Below are positions 26,401 to 31,951 of a stretch of DNA of 31,951 nucleotides, one piece after another. The notes beneath the pieces were generated by a model. The model was not told the origin of the DNA, did no database searches, and saw only the letters and a program-made list of their open reading frames with translations. Every line of letters begins with the position of its first letter. The stretch's first letter is position 1. Source of the stretch: Utricularia gibba (taxonomy: Eukaryota; Plantae; Magnoliophyta); NCBI GenBank assembly GCA_002189035.1, contig NEEC01000349.1:1-31951 (forward strand), in the 5' to 3' direction. The translations under genes and the position numbers were made by a program.

Positions 26401-29155
26401 AAAATCATGTGGGGCACGTGATATCGTAATTTAAACAAATGCATCATTTTTTTTAATCATTTGCATCCGGTTGACCTCATGAGCCATACAGAATCGGGGT
26501 CAAGGACCAAGTTCCCAGCGAGACTGGCCGCCACAAAACGAGAAGCGGTTCCTTGAAAAACATGTAGGCAGCCCGAAAACCGAACGATAATAAATACATC
26601 ACTTTATTGCCGGACTACAACTAACTCTCGGTGCAAGCCAAACCTTACCTTTGTCCGTTCCAGGTGCCCCAAAAGACCGCCTCTCATGTATAAAGTAAGT
26701 GTTGTTGAAAAAATCATGTGGGGTGCACGTGACATCATAATTTAAACAAATGCATCATTTTTTTTAATCGATTTGCATCCAGTTGACCTCATGAGCCATA
26801 CAGAATCGGGGTCAAGGACCAAGTTCCCAGCGAGACTGGCCGCCACAAAACGAGAAGCGGTTCCTTGAAAAACCATGTAGGCAGCCCCGAAAACCGAACG
26901 ATAATAAATACATCACTTTATTTGCCGGACTACAACTAACTCTCGGTGCAAGCCAAACCTTACCTTTGTCCGTTCCAGGTGCACCCAAAGACCGCCTGCT
27001 CAAGTATAAAGTAAGTTGTTAAAAAATCATGTGGGGTGCACGTGATATCGCAATTTAAACAAATGCAACATTGTATTCATCGATTTGCATCCTTTTGACC
27101 TCATGAGCCATAAAGAATCGCGGGCCAGGACCAAGTTCCTAGCGAGACTGGCCGCCACAAAACGAGAAGCTGTTCCTTGAAAAACCATGTAGGCAACACC
27201 GAAAACCGAACGTTAATAAAATACATCACTTTCTTTGCCGGGCTACAACTTACTTTGGCCAAGGCCTAAGCTGACTTTTTCCGGTTCCAAGTGCCCCCAA
27301 GACCGCCTCCTCATGTATAAAGTATGTTGTTAAAAAAAATCATGTGGGGTGCACGTGACATCGTAATTTAAACAAATGCATCATTTTTTTTAATCGATTT
27401 GCATCCAGTTGACCTCATGAGCCATACAGAATCGGGTCAAGGACCAAGTTCCCAGCGAGGCCGCCACAAAACGAGAAGCGGTTCCTTGAAAAACCATGTA
27501 GGCAGCCCCCGAAAACCGAACGTTAATAAATACATCACTTTATTGCCGGCTACAACTTACTTTCGGCCAAGGCAAGCTGACTTTTCCGGTTCCTCTTCCC
27601 CCCCAAGACCCTCCTGAAGTATAAAGTAAGTTGTTGAAAAAAATCATGTGGGTGCGTGATATCGTAATTTAAAAAAAATGCATCATTTTTTTTAATCGAT
27701 TTGCATCCGGTTGACCTCATGAGCATACAGAATCGGGGTCAAGGACAAGTTCCCAGCGAGACTGGCCGCCACAAAACGAGAAGCTGTTCTTGAAAAACCA
27801 TGTAGGCAGCCCCCGAAAACCGAACGATAATAAATACATCACTTTATTTGCCGGACTACAACTAACTTCGGCAAGCCAAACCTTCTTTTCCGTTCCAGTG
27901 CACCCAAAGACCGCCTCTCAAGTATAAAGTAAGTGTTGAAAAAATCATGTGGGGTGCACGTGACATCATAATTTAAACAAATGCATCATTTTTTTTAATC
28001 GATTTGCATCCAGTTGACCTCATGCGCCATACAGAATCGGGGTCAAGGACCAAGTTCCAGCGAGACTGGCCGCCACAAAACGAGAAGCGTTCCTTGAAAA
28101 ACCATGTAGGCAGCCCCCGAAAACCGAACGTTAATAAATACATAACTTTCTTGCCGGGCTACAACTTTCTTTCGGCCCAAGCCTAAGCTGACTTTGTCCG
28201 GTTCCTCTTCCCCCAAGACCACCTCCTCAAGTATAAAGTAAGAGTTTGAAAAATCATGTGGGTGCACGTGACATCATAATTTAAACAAATGCATCATTTT
28301 TTTTAATCATTTGCATCCAGTTGACCTCATGGGCCATACAGAATCGGGTCAAGGACCAAGTTCCCAGCGAGACTGGCCGCCACAAAACGAGAAGCGGTTC
28401 CTTGAAAAACCATGTAGGCATAAAACCGAACGATAATAAATACATCACTTTGTTTGCCGGACTACAACTTACTTTGGGCCAAGGCCTAAGCTGATCTTTT
28501 TCCGGTTCCAAGTGCCCCAAGACCGCCTCCTCATGTATAAAGTATGTTGTTAAAAAAATCATGTGGGGTGAACGTGACATCATAATTTAAACAAATGCAT
28601 CATTTTTTTTAATCGATTTGCATCCAGTTGACCTCATGAGCCATACAGAATCGGGGTCAAGGACCAAGTTCCCAGCGAGACTGGCCGCCACAAAACGAGA
28701 ACGTTCCTTGAAAAACCATGTAGGCAGCCCCCGAAAACCGAACGATAATAAATACATCACTTTATTTGCCAGACTACAACTAACTTCGGTGCAAGCCAAA
28801 CCTTACCTTTGTCCCGTTCCAGTGCACCCAAAGACCGCCTGCTCAAGTATAAAGTAAGTTGTTGAAAAAATCATGTGGGGTGCACGTGATATCGCAATTT
28901 AAAAATGCAACATTGTATTCATCGATTTGCATCCTTTGTCCTCATGAGCCATAAAGAATCGCGGGCCCGGACCAAGTTCCTAGCGAGACTGGCCGCCACA
29001 AAACGAGAAGCTGTTCCTTGAAAAACCATGTAGGGAACACCGAAAACCGAACATTAATAAATACATCACTTTCTTTGCCGGGCTACAACTTACTTTGGGC
29101 CAAGGCCTAAGCTGATCTTTTTCCGGTTCCAAGTGCCCCCCAAGACCGCCTCTTC

Positions 29156-31024
29156 ATGTATAAAGTATGTTGTTAAAAAAATCATGTGGGTGAACGTGAC
29201 ATCGTAATTTAAACAAATGCATCATTTTTTTTAATCGATTTGCATCCAGTTGACCTCATGAGCCATACAGAATCGGGTCAAGGACCAAGTTCCCAGCGAG
29301 ACTGGCCGCCACAAAACGAGAGCGTTCCTTGAAAAACCATGTAGGCAGCCCCCGAAAACCGAACGTTAATAAATACATCACTTTCTTTGCTGGGCTACAA
29401 CTTACTTTGGGCCAAGGCCTAAGCTGATCTTTTTCCGGTTCCAAGTGCCCCCAAGACCGCCTCCTCATGTATAAAGTATGTTGTTAAAAAAATCATGTGG
29501 GGTGCACGTGACATCATAATTTAAACAAATGCATCATTTTTTTAATCGATTTGCATCCAGTTGACCTCATGAGCCATACAGAATCGGATCAAGGACCAAG
29601 TTCCCAGCGAGACTGGCCGCCACAAAACGAGAAGCGGTTCCTTGAAAACCATGTAGGCAACACCTAAAACCGAACGATAATAAATACATCACTTTGTTTG
29701 CCGGACTACAACTTACTTTGGGCCAAGGCCTAAGCTGATCTTTTTCCGGTTCCAAGTGCCCCCCAAGACCGCCTCCTCATGTATAAAGTATGTTGTTAAA
29801 AAAATCATGTGGGGTGCACGTGACATCATAATTTAAACAAATGCATCATTTTTTTTAATCATTTGCATCCAGTTGACCTCATGGGCCATACAGAATCGGG
29901 TCAAGGACCAAGTTCCCAGCGAGACTGGCCGCCACAAAACGAGAAGCTGTTCCTTGAAAAACCATGTAGGCAACACCGAAAACCGAACGTTAATAAATAC
30001 ATCACTTTCTTTGTTGGGCTACAACTTACTTTGGGCCAAGGCCTAAGCTGATCTTTTTCCGGTTCCAAGTGCCCCCCAAGACCGCCTCCTCATGTATAAA
30101 GTATGTTGTTTAAAAAAAATCATGTGGGGTGCACGTGACATCATAATTTAAACAAATGCATCATTTTTTTAATCAATTTGCATCCAGTTGACCTCATGGG
30201 CCATACAGAATCGGGGTCAAGGACCAAGTTCCCAGCGAGACTGGCCGCCACAAAACGAGAAGCTGTTCCTTGAAAAACCATGTAGGCAACACCGAAAACC
30301 GAACGTTAATAAATACATCACTTTCTTTGCTGGGCTACAACTTACTTTGGGCCAAGGCCTAAGCTGACTTTTTCCGGTTCCAAGTGCCCCCAAGACCGCC
30401 TCCTCATGTATAAAGTATGTTGTTAAAAAAATCATGTGGGGTGCACGTGACATCATAATTTAAACAAATGCATCATTTTTTTAAATCAATTTGCATCCAG
30501 TTGACCTCATGGCCATACAGAATCGGGGTCAAGGACCAAGTTCCCAGCAACTGGCCGCCACAAAACGAGAAGCTGTTCCTTGAAAAACCATGTAGGCAAC
30601 ACCGAAAACCGAACGTTAATAAATACATCACTTTCTTTGCTGGGCTACAACTTACTTTGGGCCAAGGCCTAAGCTGATCTTTTTCCGGTTCCAAGTGCCC
30701 CAAGACCGCCTCCTCATGTATAAAGTATGTTTTAAAAAATCATGTGGGGTGCACGTGACATCATAATTTAAACAAATGCATCATTTTTTTTAATCATTTG
30801 CATCCAGTTGACCTCATGGGCCATACAGAATCGGGGTCAAGGACCAAGTTCCCAGCAAGACTGGCCGCCACAAAACGAGAAGCTGTTCCTTGAAAAACCA
30901 TGTAGGCAACACCGAAAACCGAACGTTAATAAATACATCACTTTCTTTGTTGGGCTACAACTTACTTTGGGCCAAGGCCTAAGCTGATCTTTTCGGTTCC
31001 AAGTGCCCCCAAGACCGCCTCCTC
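29156..31024 (+). repeat. Local run of six consecutive A-left/type-2-right monomers (distinct subfamily)
   Basis: Monomers at 29156, 29467, 29779, 30092, 30406 and 30716 share gggccaaggcctaagctga and cctcctcatgtataaagtatgtt. Later copies add catgggccatac, gctgggct/gttgggct and cagcaa. Confidence 0.85.
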
Positions 31025-31951
31025 ATGTATAAAGTATGTTGTTAAAAAAATCATGTGGGGTGCACGTGACATCATAATTTAAACAAATGCATCATTTTTT
31101 TTAATCAATTTGCATCTAGTTGACCTCATGGGCCATACAGAATCGGGGTCAAGGACCAAGTTCCCAGCAAGACTGGCCGCCACAAAACGAGAAGCGGTTC
31201 CTTGAAAAACCATGTAGGCAGCCCCCGAAAAACCGAACGTTAATAAATACATCACTTTCATTGCCGGCTACAACTTACTTTCGGCCCAAGCCTAAGCTGA
31301 CTTTTGTCCGGTTCCTCTCCCCCCCAAGACCACCTCCTGAAGTATAAAGTAAGAGTTTGAAAAAATCATGTAGGGTGCTCGTGATATCGTAATTTAAAAA
31401 AATGCATCATTTTTTTTAATCGATTTGCATCCGTTGACCTCATGAGCCATACAGAATCGGGGTCAAGGACCAAGTTCCAGCGAGACTGGCCGCCACAAAC
31501 GAGAAGCGGTTCCTTGAAAAACCATGTAGGCAGCCCCCGAAAACCGAACGATAATAAATACATCACTTTATTTGCGGACTACAACTAACACTCGGTGCAA
31601 GCCAAACCTTACCTTTGTCCCGTTCCAGGTGCACCCAAAGACCGCCTGCTCAAGTATAAAGTAAGTTGTTGAAAAAATCATGTGGGGTGCACGTGATATC
31701 GCAATTTAAACAAATGCAACATTGTATTCATCGATTTGCATCCTTTTGTCCTCATGAGCCATAAAGAATCGCGGGCCTGGACCAAGTTCCTAGCGAGACT
31801 GGCCGCCACAAAACGAGAAGCTGTTCCTTGAAAAACCATGTAGGCAACACCGAAAACCGAACGTTAATAAATACATCACTTTCTTTGCCGGCTAAAACTA
31901 ACTTTGGCCAAGGCCTAAGCTGATCTTTTTCCGGTTCCAAGTGCACCCAAA

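Larger units (their letters stand above)
1..31951. repeat. Tandem satellite DNA array, ~103 head-to-tail copies of a ~314-bp monomer (candidate centromeric/pericentromeric satellite)
   Basis: The anchor (a/t)gtataaagt..gttgttgaaaaaatcatgtggggtgcacgtga recurs about every 310 bp. Example starts are 106, 418, 727, 1039, 1353 ... 7830, 8141, 8457, 8771, 9084 ... 31025, 31340, 31652, giving a mean spacing of (31652-106)/102, about 309 bp. There is no strand switch and no non-repeat sequence. The array runs off both window ends. The centromeric label is inference from subunit length and HOR organisation. Confidence 0.97.

Noticed and set aside
191-31946. About 100 short ORFs (60-110 aa) on both strands, e.g. 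MHPVDLMSHTESG... and ...SCSPANKVMYLLSFGFRG...
   Set aside because: All are translations of the same repeat monomer. Frames change with homopolymer indels from copy to copy, and I recognise no protein domain. They are not credible genes.
1-31951. CRISPR-like or cassette array (constant blocks alternating with variable blocks)
   Set aside because: The variable parts are a few homologous alleles, not unique spacers. The unit is about 314 bp and no cas or recombinase gene is present.
31860-31951. Window end resembles window start (possible circular molecule or rolling-circle concatemer)
   Set aside because: Some end-to-start overlap is automatic in a tandem array. The monomers carry linked, class-specific substitutions in a 5-mer order, which copies of a single small circle would not produce.
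1-31951. Assignment to a named satellite family or organism
   Set aside because: I do not recognise the sequence, and unit length alone is not diagnostic. A database search is needed.

Overview
The whole 31,951-bp window is one uninterrupted head-to-tail tandem array of a satellite-like repeat. By manual count it holds about 103 monomers, all in one orientation. The consensus monomer is about 314-316 bp and about 45% GC, and individual copies run about 293-316 bp. I found no genes, RNA genes, transposon insertions or unique sequence; every listed ORF is a re-translation of the same repeat. The array has structure at three levels. (1) Each ~314-bp monomer is a diverged dimer of ~154-160-bp subunits, a length typical of centromeric satellites. 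(2) The monomers fall into a few variant classes (left halves A/B/C, right halves 1/2/3) that recur with a five-monomer, ~1.54-1.55 kb period. This is a partly blurred higher-order repeat (HOR) with several phase slips. (3) The last ~3 kb is a locally expanded subfamily carrying CpG>TpG/CpA changes. Frequent homopolymer indels and blended monomers suggest long-read consensus noise, so fine detail needs read-level validation. I cannot identify the organism or a named satellite family from the sequence alone.
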